From NCBI GenBank assembly GCA_965243025.1, contig CBDETY010000003.1:5248001-5312000 (forward strand): 64,000 bases of DNA, in the 5' to 3' direction. This document shows, piece by piece, positions 18,330 to 27,976 of the stretch. The notes below the pieces were generated by a model. That model made no database searches, was not told the origin of the DNA, and saw only the letters and a program-made list of their open reading frames with translations. Within the stretch, counting starts at the first letter, position 1. Each line of letters begins with the position of its first letter. The DNA comes from Candidatus Latescibacterota bacterium. GTDB lineage: Bacteria; Latescibacterota; UBA2968; UBA8231. The translations under genes and the position numbers were made by a program.

Positions 18330-20006
18330 ATGCCGACAATGACCGGCGCCCAGGTCATGGCCGACATGCTGAAAGGGTACGGCCTCAGCCACCTGTTCAT
18401 GGTGCCCGCGGTGCTGCGGCGGACCATGGTCGAGCTGGAGCGCCGCACCGGCATCAGGCGGCTGCACGTCCATTCGGAGAAATCGGCCGCCTACATGGCC
18501 GACGGCTACGCCCGCGCCACCGGGAGTCCCGGGGTCTGCATGGCCCAGGTGATCGGCGCCCTCAACCTCGCCGCCGGCCTGCGGGACGCCCATCTCGCCC
18601 ACTCTCCGGTCATCGCCATGACCGGCGGCCGCGATCCGCACACCAAGTTTCGCGGCGTCTACCAGGAGGTCGACGACCTCCCCGCTTTCGAGCCGGTGAC
18701 GAAACTCAACGCCACCGTCGACGCGGTGGAGCGCTTTCCCGACATGATCCGCCAGGCGTTCCGCGCCGCCACCTCGGGCACGCCCGGTCCCGTGCACCTG
18801 CAGTTCCGGGGAAACGAGGGCCAGATCGACGCCGAGCAGGCCGACATGGAGGCGCTGTGCGAACCGCGTTTCTCCCGGGTGCCGCCGTTTCGCCCCGAGC
18901 CGGGGGAGAAAGAAACCAGGGCTGCGCTGGCCCTGCTGGAAGCGGCGCAGCGGCCGGTCATCGTCGCCGGCGGCGGAGTGCGCGCATCGGGAGCGGCAGC
19001 CGAGCTGGCCGCCCTGGCGGAACGGTTGAACATCCCGGTCGCCACCTCCCTGAACGGCAAGGACGTCATCCCCGGTTTCCACCCCCTGTCGGTAGGGGTG
19101 GCGGGCACCTACTCGCGGGAGAGCGCCAACCGGGTGGTCAGCGAGGCGGACCTGGTCTGCTTCGTCGGCACCAGCGCGGGCGGCATGACCACCCACTTCT
19201 GGCAGGTTCCGCCCCCCGGAACGCCGGCGATCCAGATCGACATCGAGGCGGAGATCATCGGTCGCAACTACCCCCTGCAGGCCGCGGTTCAGGCGGACGC
19301 AAAGGCGGCCCTGACGCGGATCCTGGCGCTGGCGGACCCCCGCTCGGCGGCGCAGCGGACCGCCTGGGTCGGGCGCGCCGGGGCAATCGTCGGCGAGTGG
19401 CGCGACAAGTACGGCTATCTGCTGGAATCCGACGCCGTCCCGATGCGTCCCGAGCGGATATGCGGGGAGCTGACCGGCCACCTGCCGGAGGATGCCATCG
19501 TCGTCGCCGACACCGGGCACGGCGGCATGTGGATGGGCGGCATGTTCGACCTGCGCACCCCGGGCCAGAGCTACCTGCGCAGCGCCGGGCACCTGGGATG
19601 GGCCTTCCCGGCGGCCCTCGGGGCAAAGTGCGGCGCTCCCGAACGTCCGGTGTTCTGCTTCACCGGCGACGCCGGTTTCTGGTACCACATCGCCGAGGTC
19701 GAGACCGCGGCGCGCTGGGGCATCGACGCCGTCATCCTGGTGAACAACAACAGCTCGGGAAACCAGTCGAAGCGGGGGTTCGACCGGGTCTACGACGGGG
19801 AGCAGACCGAGGAGGGGCTGCGCCTGTGGCAGTTCACGGACGTCGACTTCGCCCGCATTGCAGAGAACATGGGGGCCGTCGGGATCCGGGTGGAGAAACC
19901 GGCAGAGCTGCCGGGTGCTCTCGAGCGCGCCTTTGCCGCCGGGCGGCCGGTCGTCATCGACGCCGTTTCCGACATCGATGCGATGGCCCCTCTGGCGGTG
20001 GTCTAG
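18330..20006 (+). CDS. Thiamine pyrophosphate-binding protein (acetolactate synthase large subunit-like)
   Basis: 'HSEKSAAYMADGYARATG', 'PGPVHL' and TPP motif 'GDAG...NN'. Confidence 0.9.
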   Translation: MPTMTGAQVMADMLKGYGLSHLFMVPAVLRRTMVELERRTGIRRLHVHSEKSAAYMADGYARATGSPGVCMAQVIGALNLAAGLRDAHLAHSPVIAMTGGRDPHTKFRGVYQEVDDLPAFEPVTKLNATVDAVERFPDMIRQAFRAATSGTPGPVHLQFRGNEGQIDAEQADMEALCEPRFSRVPPFRPEPGEKETRAALALLEAAQRPVIVAGGGVRASGAAAELAALAERLNIPVATSLNGKDVIPGFHPLSVGVAGTYSRESANRVVSEADLVCFVGTSAGGMTTHFWQVPPPGTPAIQIDIEAEIIGRNYPLQAAVQADAKAALTRILALADPRSAAQRTAWVGRAGAIVGEWRDKYGYLLESDAVPMRPERICGELTGHLPEDAIVVADTGHGGMWMGGMFDLRTPGQSYLRSAGHLGWAFPAALGAKCGAPERPVFCFTGDAGFWYHIAEVETAARWGIDAVILVNNNSSGNQSKRGFDRVYDGEQTEEGLRLWQFTDVDFARIAENMGAVGIRVEKPAELPGALERAFAAGRPVVIDAVSDIDAMAPLAVV

Positions 20007-20030
20007 AGGCTGCGCGCGCCCCCGGGCGGC

Positions 20031-21677
20031 CTACCCGAAGCTGGCGAAGCCGTCCGGGGTCGGCGCCTCGACGACGGTCGCCACCCCGGCGTTCAGGGCG
20101 GTTTCGAGCGCCGGCCCCAGCTCCTCCAGCGATTCCGCCCGCAGGCCGCGGGCCCCGTATGCTTCGGCCAGCCTGGTGAAGTCCGGGTTGCGCAGGTCGC
20201 TGGCGATGCAGCGCCCGCCACGGTCATGCTGGTACTGGCGCAGCAGCCCCCAGGCGTTGTCGTTGAACAGCAGGATCACCGGATCGAGGCCGTACTGAAC
20301 GCAGGTTCCCAGCTCCTGGATGTTGAACTGGAAGCCGCCGTCCCCGGTGATGCAGACGACCTGGCGGTCCCGGGCCCCCGCCTTGGCGCCGGCAGCGGCG
20401 GGCAGCCCGAACCCGAGACCTCCCCAGGCAGGCGTCATGTAGGTCCGCTGCCCGTAGACGTCGAGACAGTAGTTGGCGCCGCGGTGGTTGCAGATGCCGA
20501 CGTCGCCGGTGAAGATCGCGTCCCTGGCGGCCGCCGCGCGGACGGTCTCCATGATGCCGGTCTCGCACGGCATGGTCCGCCGCTTGAATTCCCTGATTGC
20601 TTCCCTGACCCGCTCGACCTCGGCGGAGAAACCGGGGTCCGGCCGCGGTGAATTGGCGGCGACCGCGTCGTCGACCTGCCGGAGCACCGTTCCCGCGTCG
20701 CCGACCAGCTTCACCGAGGTGTCGTACCACTTCCCCATCGGCTCCGGATCGACGTCGAGGTGGATCAGGCGGGCGGGCTGCTCGAGCCCCTGCGACTTGA
20801 CCCGGAACCAGGAGAGGCTGGAGCCGACGACGAGAAGGGTATCGAGGGAGTTGGCGAAGGTCAGCCGCGGATCTTCGCCGCCTCCGGGCGGGAAGTCGTA
20901 CTCGCCGCCGAACATGCCGAGGCTCAGGGGGTGGTCCTCCGGGATCGACCCCTTGCCGTTGGCGGTGGTGAACACCGGGAGCCCGAGCCTCTCCGCCAGG
21001 CGCCGCAGCTCGCCGGCGGCGCCGGAGCGGTGCACGCCGGTGCCCGCCAGCACCCCGGCGCGTCCGCCGGCCCGCAGCAGGGTCGCGGCCTCCTCGACCA
21101 GGGCCGGATCCGCCGCGGGAGCCGGCGCCTCCACCGCCTCGGGGATTTCCACCTCGGCCTCCTGTCCCTGAACGTCGACCGGGATCTCGATGGCGACCGG
21201 CCGCGGCCGCGCGTTTGCGAACAGCTCGAAGGCCTCGTCGATCCGCGCCGGCACCTCCCCGGGGCGGCTTACGTGGATGGCCGCCCGGGTGACCGACGAG
21301 AGCATGCCGAGCTGGTCCCTGGTCTCGTGGATCGTGCCCAGGCCCCGCTCGTACAGCTTTTCCTCGGCGGTGCTGGTGATGCTCAGGACAGGGGAGGAGG
21401 CGAAGTACGCCTCCCCCAGGCCGCCCATGGAGTTGGCGGCTCCCGGACCGGTGCTGGTCAGGCAGACCCCCGGCCTTCCGGTCGCGCGGGCGTAGCCGTC
21501 GGCCATCATCGCCGCGGCGTGCTCGTGGCGGGCGCTTATGAAGCGGATCTCCCGCCGGTGGTCGTAGAGGGCGTCGAAGATCTCCATGGTGTGGCTGGAG
21601 ATGATCCCGAAGACGGTGTCGACCCCGTGGGCCCGCAGCGACTCGATCAGCGCCCGCGCCGCCGACAGCCTAGCCAT
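20031..21677 (-). CDS. Thiamine pyrophosphate-binding protein (acetolactate synthase-like)
   Basis: 'RHEHAAAMMADGYARATG...TGPGAAN' and 'GDGGFQF...NDNAWG'. Confidence 0.9.
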   Translation of the reverse strand: MARLSAARALIESLRAHGVDTVFGIISSHTMEIFDALYDHRREIRFISARHEHAAAMMADGYARATGRPGVCLTSTGPGAANSMGGLGEAYFASSPVLSITSTAEEKLYERGLGTIHETRDQLGMLSSVTRAAIHVSRPGEVPARIDEAFELFANARPRPVAIEIPVDVQGQEAEVEIPEAVEAPAPAADPALVEEAATLLRAGGRAGVLAGTGVHRSGAAGELRRLAERLGLPVFTTANGKGSIPEDHPLSLGMFGGEYDFPPGGGEDPRLTFANSLDTLLVVGSSLSWFRVKSQGLEQPARLIHLDVDPEPMGKWYDTSVKLVGDAGTVLRQVDDAVAANSPRPDPGFSAEVERVREAIREFKRRTMPCETGIMETVRAAAARDAIFTGDVGICNHRGANYCLDVYGQRTYMTPAWGGLGFGLPAAAGAKAGARDRQVVCITGDGGFQFNIQELGTCVQYGLDPVILLFNDNAWGLLRQYQHDRGGRCIASDLRNPDFTRLAEAYGARGLRAESLEELGPALETALNAGVATVVEAPTPDGFASFG

Positions 21678-22875
21678 TCCCCGGTCCCCTGGTTCGCGCC
21701 GTCTCCAGCACGTCGCGCAGCCGCTTGCCGACGATCAGCTCTTCTCCCGGCTTGAGGCTGAGGGCGTACACGGTCAGCGGGCTGCCCGGGCGCCCCCTGG
21801 CGCCCCCGGGAGGGAAGAACTCGCGGACCCGCGTCACGTACGGGTTGTAGTTCGACAGCACCGAGATGGGCGGGTCCCCCTCGCGCAGCTGGCGCCCGCA
21901 CTCGTCGGCGGTCAGCCCGAACGCCTCCTCGTCCCAGCGCACGACTATCTGCATGAAGCGGTTGCTGCCGCGGCGGACCTCGATCTCGGTCTCGACTCCG
22001 GGAACCGCCTTCACCATCTCCTCGATGCGCTTCAGGGTTTCGGTCTGTTCCCGGTAGAGGGCCTCGAGGTCGACGGTCAGCCACTTCTCCAAGGCCGCCA
22101 TGCAGCCGACGATCTGGTCCTTGCTGACCTTCATGGCGCGGCAGACCGCTCCCTCGACCGGACTGGCGTTGGCCAGGGCCGCCTCGATCAGGTCCCGGCG
22201 GCCCAGCAGCAGGCCGCTGTCCTGGGGGCCGCGCAGCCCCTTGCCGCCGCTGAAGCCGTAGAGGTCCACTCCCATGGGAGGATAGCGGCGGATGTTCCCG
22301 ATCGGCGGGATGCCCCCGGCGGCGTCGACGAACACCGGCACCCCGGCCGGCCTGCAGAGCGCAACCATCTCAACGAGCGGCGGGGGGTCCACCGGGTCCG
22401 GATCGGCGGGGTAGCCGGTGCAGAGCATGGCGGTGCGGTCGCTGAGAGCCCTGCCCAACTCGTCGAGGTTCCTGACGACTACGGGAACCCCTCCGGTGAG
22501 CCTGAGGGCGCTGTCGAACACGGAGCGTCCGCCCCACAGGATGATTTCGCTCCGCAGCCCGGTGGTGTCCGGGAGCTGCCAGATCTTCTCCGGGTCGGTC
22601 CCGGCGATGCATGCGGCAGCGGCCAGCGCCATCGAGCCGGAGGCGCCGGTGGAGATCATTCCGGACTCGGCTCCGGAGATCTCGGCGAGGCGCACCCCGG
22701 CGGCCCGCTGCAGCTCGCCGACGTCGATGGAATACTGCGCCGCCTCCTCCATGGCGCGCCGGACCTCGGGCCAGACCGTCGTCCCGCCGAGGAAGGTGAA
22801 GGGGATGTTGGCGTTGATGACCGGCCTCGCCCCGAGGCGGGTATAGACGTTGTCTTCGAAAGTATGATCGGGCAT
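21670..22875 (-). CDS. SelA-like PLP-dependent enzyme (DgaE/selenocysteine synthase-like family)
   Basis: 'LGARPVINA', 'VFVDAAG' and 'FSGGKGLRGPQDSG' containing the PLP lysine. Confidence 0.85.
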   Translation of the reverse strand: MPDHTFEDNVYTRLGARPVINANIPFTFLGGTTVWPEVRRAMEEAAQYSIDVGELQRAAGVRLAEISGAESGMISTGASGSMALAAAACIAGTDPEKIWQLPDTTGLRSEIILWGGRSVFDSALRLTGGVPVVVRNLDELGRALSDRTAMLCTGYPADPDPVDPPPLVEMVALCRPAGVPVFVDAAGGIPPIGNIRRYPPMGVDLYGFSGGKGLRGPQDSGLLLGRRDLIEAALANASPVEGAVCRAMKVSKDQIVGCMAALEKWLTVDLEALYREQTETLKRIEEMVKAVPGVETEIEVRRGSNRFMQIVVRWDEEAFGLTADECGRQLREGDPPISVLSNYNPYVTRVREFFPPGGARGRPGSPLTVYALSLKPGEELIVGKRLRDVLETARTRGPGNG

Positions 22876-23034
22876 TCGCTCTTTCCTCGAGGGTGTTCGG
22901 GCCTGGCGCAACGGTCTCCACCGGGCGATGGCAGCAGGCAGGCGGCTCTCTCTTGCTGCCATATACTAACCAATGCAAGATTCGATACCCGGCGCGACCG
23001 ACGGCCTCGTCCGCCCGCCATCAGGAGACATCTC

Positions 23035-24522
23035 ATGTTGACGCGACTGAAAGTCACCGGCTTCAAGAACCTGGTAGACGTGGACGTGAGCCTCGGTCCG
23101 TTCACCTGCGTGGTCGGGCCCAACGGGTCGGGAAAGTCGAACCTGTTCGACGCGGTCCGGTTTCTCAGCGCCCTGGCAAACCACACGCTGATGGAGGCAG
23201 CCGCCTCGGTGCGCGACCAGGACAGCCGCACGGCGGACGTCCGCAACCTCTTTCACCGCTGGGGCGACCGCCATGCCGAACGGATGTCCTTCGAGGCGGA
23301 GATGCTCGTGCCGCGCAAGGCGGTCGACGACCTGGGACAGGAAGCCCGGGCCAGCATCACCTTTCTGCGCTACTCCCTCGAGCTCGCCCGCAGGGATACC
23401 GGCGACGGCCTGATACCGGGGTTCCTCGAGATCATGAGGGAGGAGCTGGTTCACATCTCCCAGCGCGACGCCGGCCGGCACCTTCCGTTTCCCCACAGTG
23501 CCGGGGAATGGCGGAAGTCGGTGGTGCGGGGGCAGCGGCGCGCGCCATTCATCTCGACCAGGGGGGAGGGCGAAGACAGGGTCGTATTCCTGCATCAGGA
23601 CGGCGGCAGCAGCGGCCGTCCGCTGCCCAGGCCGGCCAGTCTGCCGCGCACGGTACTTTCGTCGGCCAATGCGGCGGAAAGTCCCACCGTGCTGGCTGCC
23701 CGAAGGGAAATGGAGTCCTGGCGGATGCTGCAGCTGGAACCGGCTGCGATAAGACGACCGGATGCGTTCGCCTCTCCGGCGCGCCTCGGGACGGACGGAA
23801 GCCGTCTGGCCGCCACGCTCTACCGCCTGGCTCAGGCTGCGGAAGCGGACGGCAGCGGCCGGGAAGGGGAAGAGGGAGAAACGGCAAATCCGGCGTACAG
23901 GCGGATCGCCGGCCGGCTGGCGGAGTTCAGCGACGACGTCGGCGAGGTATACATCGACAGGGATGAGAAACGGGAGCTTCTGACCTTGCATGCGACGGAT
24001 GGGGAGAACACCCCTCATCCGGCGGCGGCGTTGTCGGACGGGACCCTGCGCTTCCTCGCCCTTGCCGTCCTGGAGATGGACCCGGAAACCGAGGGAGTGC
24101 TCTGTCTCGAAGAGCCGGAGAACAGCATCCACCCCGCGCGGGTATCCGCGGTGCTCCGGCTGCTGCGGGATATCGCCGTGGATACCCGGCAGGCCGCGGG
24201 ACCGGAAAACCCGCTGCGGCAGGTGATCGTCAACACGCACTCCCCCGCCGTGCTGCAGCAGGTCCCCCAGGAAAGCGTCGTATGCGTCAAAGTCGTGGAA
24301 GCAATGGATGAGAAGGGGCTGCTGAAGAAAGCCCGCTTCTTCTGTCTGCCGGACACGTGGAGAGCGAAAAAAAGCGGGGAACCGGATACCATCGACCTCG
24401 AGGACCTGATCGCTTTCCTGAACCCCGTGCTCCGCAAGGACCAGTTGGAATCCGAAGCAAAGGAGAAGCGGGTCGTCGACAGGGCTGATGTACGGCAGCT
24501 GCTTCTGTCCCCTTCGTGGTGA
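23035..24522 (+). CDS. ABC/AAA_21-type ATPase (AbiEii/RecF-SMC-like)
   Basis: 'GPNGSGKSNLFDA', 'LSDGTLRFL', 'LEEPENSIHP' and 'NTHSP'; AGGAG RBS. Confidence 0.85.
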   Translation: MLTRLKVTGFKNLVDVDVSLGPFTCVVGPNGSGKSNLFDAVRFLSALANHTLMEAAASVRDQDSRTADVRNLFHRWGDRHAERMSFEAEMLVPRKAVDDLGQEARASITFLRYSLELARRDTGDGLIPGFLEIMREELVHISQRDAGRHLPFPHSAGEWRKSVVRGQRRAPFISTRGEGEDRVVFLHQDGGSSGRPLPRPASLPRTVLSSANAAESPTVLAARREMESWRMLQLEPAAIRRPDAFASPARLGTDGSRLAATLYRLAQAAEADGSGREGEEGETANPAYRRIAGRLAEFSDDVGEVYIDRDEKRELLTLHATDGENTPHPAAALSDGTLRFLALAVLEMDPETEGVLCLEEPENSIHPARVSAVLRLLRDIAVDTRQAAGPENPLRQVIVNTHSPAVLQQVPQESVVCVKVVEAMDEKGLLKKARFFCLPDTWRAKKSGEPDTIDLEDLIAFLNPVLRKDQLESEAKEKRVVDRADVRQLLLSPSW

Positions 24523-24648
24523 GCCGGTTTTTGAAGGGGAACGGTTCGCCGCCTACCTTAGAAAATTGCCTGCGGGAGGGCCGGGCAGCGGGGAGCTGCC
24601 TGTCATTTCAGCGTCTTCCATATTGGAGACTGTTCGGAGAGGAGAACG

Positions 24649-25611
24649 ATGCACCCTTGTACCCCCGTCGCGAAACGGTGCCTGAAATTTCTGCACCGGA
24701 AACTCACACCCTGCCTGATTGCGTTTCCCGTCCTTTGCCTTGCGGCACTTCAGCCGCGGGCCGCCGATGCGGGAGCCTGGACCCTTGGAAAGGGTAACCT
24801 GTGGAGCAAGGTCACCTTCCTGTCGCAGACGACCGACGAACATTACGACGGTGAGGGAAGTGCGGTTGCAATGCCCCTGGATGCCCGCTACCAGACCCGG
24901 CAGGTCTATTTCGACATGTTTTACGGCGTCAGGGACGGGATCGATCTCGGCCTGCAGATACCGTTGGTCAGCAACAAGTTCGTCGACAAGGACGAAGACA
25001 ACGACGTGGCGACACCGCCGCCGGCCCTGGAAACCGAGTCCGGTCTTTCCGACCTGCGCGGATACGCCAAGTTCAAGCTCCTCGACCAGTCCCGGACCGT
25101 CGGCACGCTGAAGCTGGGATTCAAGATCCCGATGGGCGAGTACCGCCCGGTGCCCGAAGCCCTTTCCGTAACCGATGGACAATGGGATCTGGAGGTGGTC
25201 GGGCAGATCGGCCGCTCCTTCTGGCCCACCCCGATGTACGCCAATGTCGACCTGGGGTACCGGATCCGCGGCGAATACAAGGACACCGACGGCGTCGAGC
25301 CGGACCGCAGCTATACTCCCGGGCCGGAGCTGGTTTTCAACGCCGAGGCCGGCTACAGCCCGATGGACAGGCTCCTCGTCGCCCTCAAGTTCGAGGGCCT
25401 CTCGGGAGCGGAGTACGATGCCCTGAGCAACCCGGGCGAGCCGGAGACGCTCAGCCAGAGCGTAACCTACCTGGCGCCGACGCTGTTCGTGGATCTAAAC
25501 GCCGGTCTGAGCCTCGAGGCCTCGGCGCGCATGACCACCAGCGGCAGCCGCTACTTCGCCGGGCCGACCTGGGCGGCCGGGCTTTCCTACACTGGTTCCC
25601 TGTTCGATTAG
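24649..25611 (+). CDS. Outer-membrane beta-barrel/transporter-like protein (MetA-pathway family-like)
   Basis: Signal peptide 'ADA|GAWTLGKG', 'SGLSDLRG' and 'KIPMGEY'; amphipathic beta strands. Confidence 0.6.
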   Translation: MHPCTPVAKRCLKFLHRKLTPCLIAFPVLCLAALQPRAADAGAWTLGKGNLWSKVTFLSQTTDEHYDGEGSAVAMPLDARYQTRQVYFDMFYGVRDGIDLGLQIPLVSNKFVDKDEDNDVATPPPALETESGLSDLRGYAKFKLLDQSRTVGTLKLGFKIPMGEYRPVPEALSVTDGQWDLEVVGQIGRSFWPTPMYANVDLGYRIRGEYKDTDGVEPDRSYTPGPELVFNAEAGYSPMDRLLVALKFEGLSGAEYDALSNPGEPETLSQSVTYLAPTLFVDLNAGLSLEASARMTTSGSRYFAGPTWAAGLSYTGSLFD

Positions 25612-25676
25612 CTGCTCCACCAGGGGAACACCGACTCCATATTTATGTAGAAGACGGAACTGACGTCAGGGATTCA

Positions 25677-25708
25677 GGGAGGGGGCCATCGGGCTCCCTC
25701 CCTTTTTT
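25677..25708 (+). terminator. Rho-independent terminator
   Basis: Stem GGGAGGGGGCC / GGCTCCCTCCC followed by T6. Confidence 0.8.
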
Positions 25709-25921
25709 CATGCCGGGTCCTTTCTCCGGGCCGGTTCCCGGGGGCAGCCGGTTACCAGGGAGCAACCCGTCATGCCATCACCGCCCGGAAGGCTTGAGGC
25801 CGCCTCATGACTCGGTGAAATTCTGCCCCTTCGCATGCCGCCATCGGGGAGGGGCGAGGGTGTTCGCTGACGCACGGGAGCCCGCCTCTTCCCACCTTGT
25901 GCCCTCCCGCCTCGACGAGAC

Positions 25922-27937
25922 GTGAAAAAGGAAATTCCCCCCGACTACTCCGACCACCTCCTCCGTCGTCACGGAGAGGGCCTGGAGCGCGGCGGGGTCA
26001 CTCTGCGAGCGGTGATGGTCGGGGCCGCCCTGAGCCTGGGGATCGGGGTGGCGCTGCCGTACAGCAACATGATCATCAAGGGCGGGCTGCTCGGCCACAA
26101 CTTCAACACTCCGGCCGCGGTCTTCTCCTTCTTCATCTTCGTCGGGGTGGTCAACGTCCTCCTCGGCCTGGTGAAACGCTCCTGGGAGTTCGGCGCGGCC
26201 GAGCTCGCCACCGTCTACATCATGGCGATGCTGGCCACCACGGTCCCGACCATCGGTTTCTCGGAGTACCTGCTGCCCATCATCGCCGGGGTGCGCTTCT
26301 ACGCGACCCGGGAGAACAGGTGGGGGGACAGCTTCGTTCCCCACCTGCCCGACAGGCTGGTCCCGACCGACGAGGAAGCCATACAGGGGTTCTACGAAGG
26401 GGACCCGGAGGGGGGCGTCCCCTGGGACGCCTGGGTCGAACCGGTCCTCTGGTGGTGCCTGCTGATCCTGGTGGTGTACTGGGTCTCGATCTGCCTGATG
26501 GTGATCGTCCGCCGGCAGTGGATGGAGCACGAGAGGCTGCCGTACCCCCTCGTCCAGGTCCCTCTCGCCCTGATCGAGGAGGAGGACCGGCAGGGGGGGC
26601 GCTCTCTCATCAAGCCCTTTTTTCGCAGCAAGGTGATGTGGGCCGGTTTCGCGCTCCCCTTCGTCGTCGGTTCCCTGAACGCGCTGAACTCCTACTTCCC
26701 CGGACTGCCCCACATGGGGGCCTTCAGCGGCCACGGCGCGCTGTTCAACCTGGCGGACCGTATTTCCCTCACGGCGCAGTTCAACTTCGGCCTCCTCGGT
26801 TTCGCCTTCCTCCTCAACCGCGACGTCGCCCTCAGCGTCTGGCTGTTCTTCCTGCTCGCCAACGTCGAGCGCGGGGTCTTCGCCTTCTTCGAGATCAGGA
26901 GCGATGAGACCCTGAGCCGCTTCGCCAACATCGCGGGCCCATACCTCGCCCACCAGGCGATGGGGGCGATGATCGTCCTCGTGCTGTCGGGATTCTGGGC
27001 GGGCCGCGGGCACCTCCGGCAGGTGGTCTCCAAAGCCTGCGGGCGCGGCGGCGCGATCGACGACAACGGCGAGCTGCTCTCCTACCGCACCTCGCTGATC
27101 GGACTCGCCGCCGGCCTCGCGGTTGTCGGCGCCTGGCTGTGGGAGTCCGGGCTGCGGCTGTGGGTGGTGCCGGTGTTCCTGTTCGCCGTCCTCGTCGTCT
27201 TCGTCGCCCTCACCCGGGCCGTCGTCGAGGGGGGAATCGCCTTCATCCGCACTCCCCTGACGCCGGCGGACTTCGTCGTCTCCGGCCTGGGGACCGGGGT
27301 TCTGGGGACCTCGGGGGTGGTCGCCCTGGGACTCACCTACGTCTGGGCAGCCAACCTCCGCCTCTTCTTCATGCCCTGCTTCGCCAACGCCCTCAGGATG
27401 GCCGGGGAGATCGGCGGGAACAGGGGGCCGCTGCTGTGGGCGGCGGTTGCCGCGGTGCTCCTCGCCCTCGCCGGGAGCATCTGGTCCGTGCTGACCCTTT
27501 CCTACGAATACGGGGGGGTGAACCTCCACCACTTCTGGTTCGTCGCCATTCCCGGGTGGGTCGGCGAGATCATGCACCGGCAGCTGACCATGCCCACCGG
27601 TGCCAGCGCCAGCGGCTGGACTTTCACCGGCATCGGCGCCGCGGTCATGGCGGTTCTGACCTGGGCGCGGACCCGGTTCATCTGGTGGCCGCTGCACCCG
27701 CTCGGCTTCGCGGTCAGCACCTTCCACATACTTACCTACGTCTGGTTCAACGTGTTCCTGGCGTGGGCGGCCAAGACCGTCATCCTGCGCAGCGGCGGGA
27801 CCACCCTCTACAGGGCGGCGCGCCCCTTCTTCCTCGGGCTCATCATGGGGCAGATCTTCGTCGCCGGCTTCTGGCTCGTCGTCGACTTCTTCACCGGGAA
27901 GGTCGGCAACTACCCGATCGGCGGGTCGTTCGTGTAG
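25922..27937 (+). CDS. Polytopic membrane protein, DUF6785/DUF6784-like putative peptide transporter
   Basis: 'GVTLRAV..G', 'RRQW..HERL.YPLVQVP' and 'RFIWWPLHPLGF' motifs; many transmembrane segments. Confidence 0.75.
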   Translation: MKKEIPPDYSDHLLRRHGEGLERGGVTLRAVMVGAALSLGIGVALPYSNMIIKGGLLGHNFNTPAAVFSFFIFVGVVNVLLGLVKRSWEFGAAELATVYIMAMLATTVPTIGFSEYLLPIIAGVRFYATRENRWGDSFVPHLPDRLVPTDEEAIQGFYEGDPEGGVPWDAWVEPVLWWCLLILVVYWVSICLMVIVRRQWMEHERLPYPLVQVPLALIEEEDRQGGRSLIKPFFRSKVMWAGFALPFVVGSLNALNSYFPGLPHMGAFSGHGALFNLADRISLTAQFNFGLLGFAFLLNRDVALSVWLFFLLANVERGVFAFFEIRSDETLSRFANIAGPYLAHQAMGAMIVLVLSGFWAGRGHLRQVVSKACGRGGAIDDNGELLSYRTSLIGLAAGLAVVGAWLWESGLRLWVVPVFLFAVLVVFVALTRAVVEGGIAFIRTPLTPADFVVSGLGTGVLGTSGVVALGLTYVWAANLRLFFMPCFANALRMAGEIGGNRGPLLWAAVAAVLLALAGSIWSVLTLSYEYGGVNLHHFWFVAIPGWVGEIMHRQLTMPTGASASGWTFTGIGAAVMAVLTWARTRFIWWPLHPLGFAVSTFHILTYVWFNVFLAWAAKTVILRSGGTTLYRAARPFFLGLIMGQIFVAGFWLVVDFFTGKVGNYPIGGSFV

Positions 27938-27976
27938 CGGGGACGGAGGCGGCAGCGTCCGGCCGGGCGGTCCGGG

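Noticed and set aside
21586-23034. N-terminal 483 aa of the 978-aa ORF 21586..24522
   Set aside because: This stretch is antisense to the SelA-like gene. The real ATPase starts at 23035 after an AGGAG RBS.
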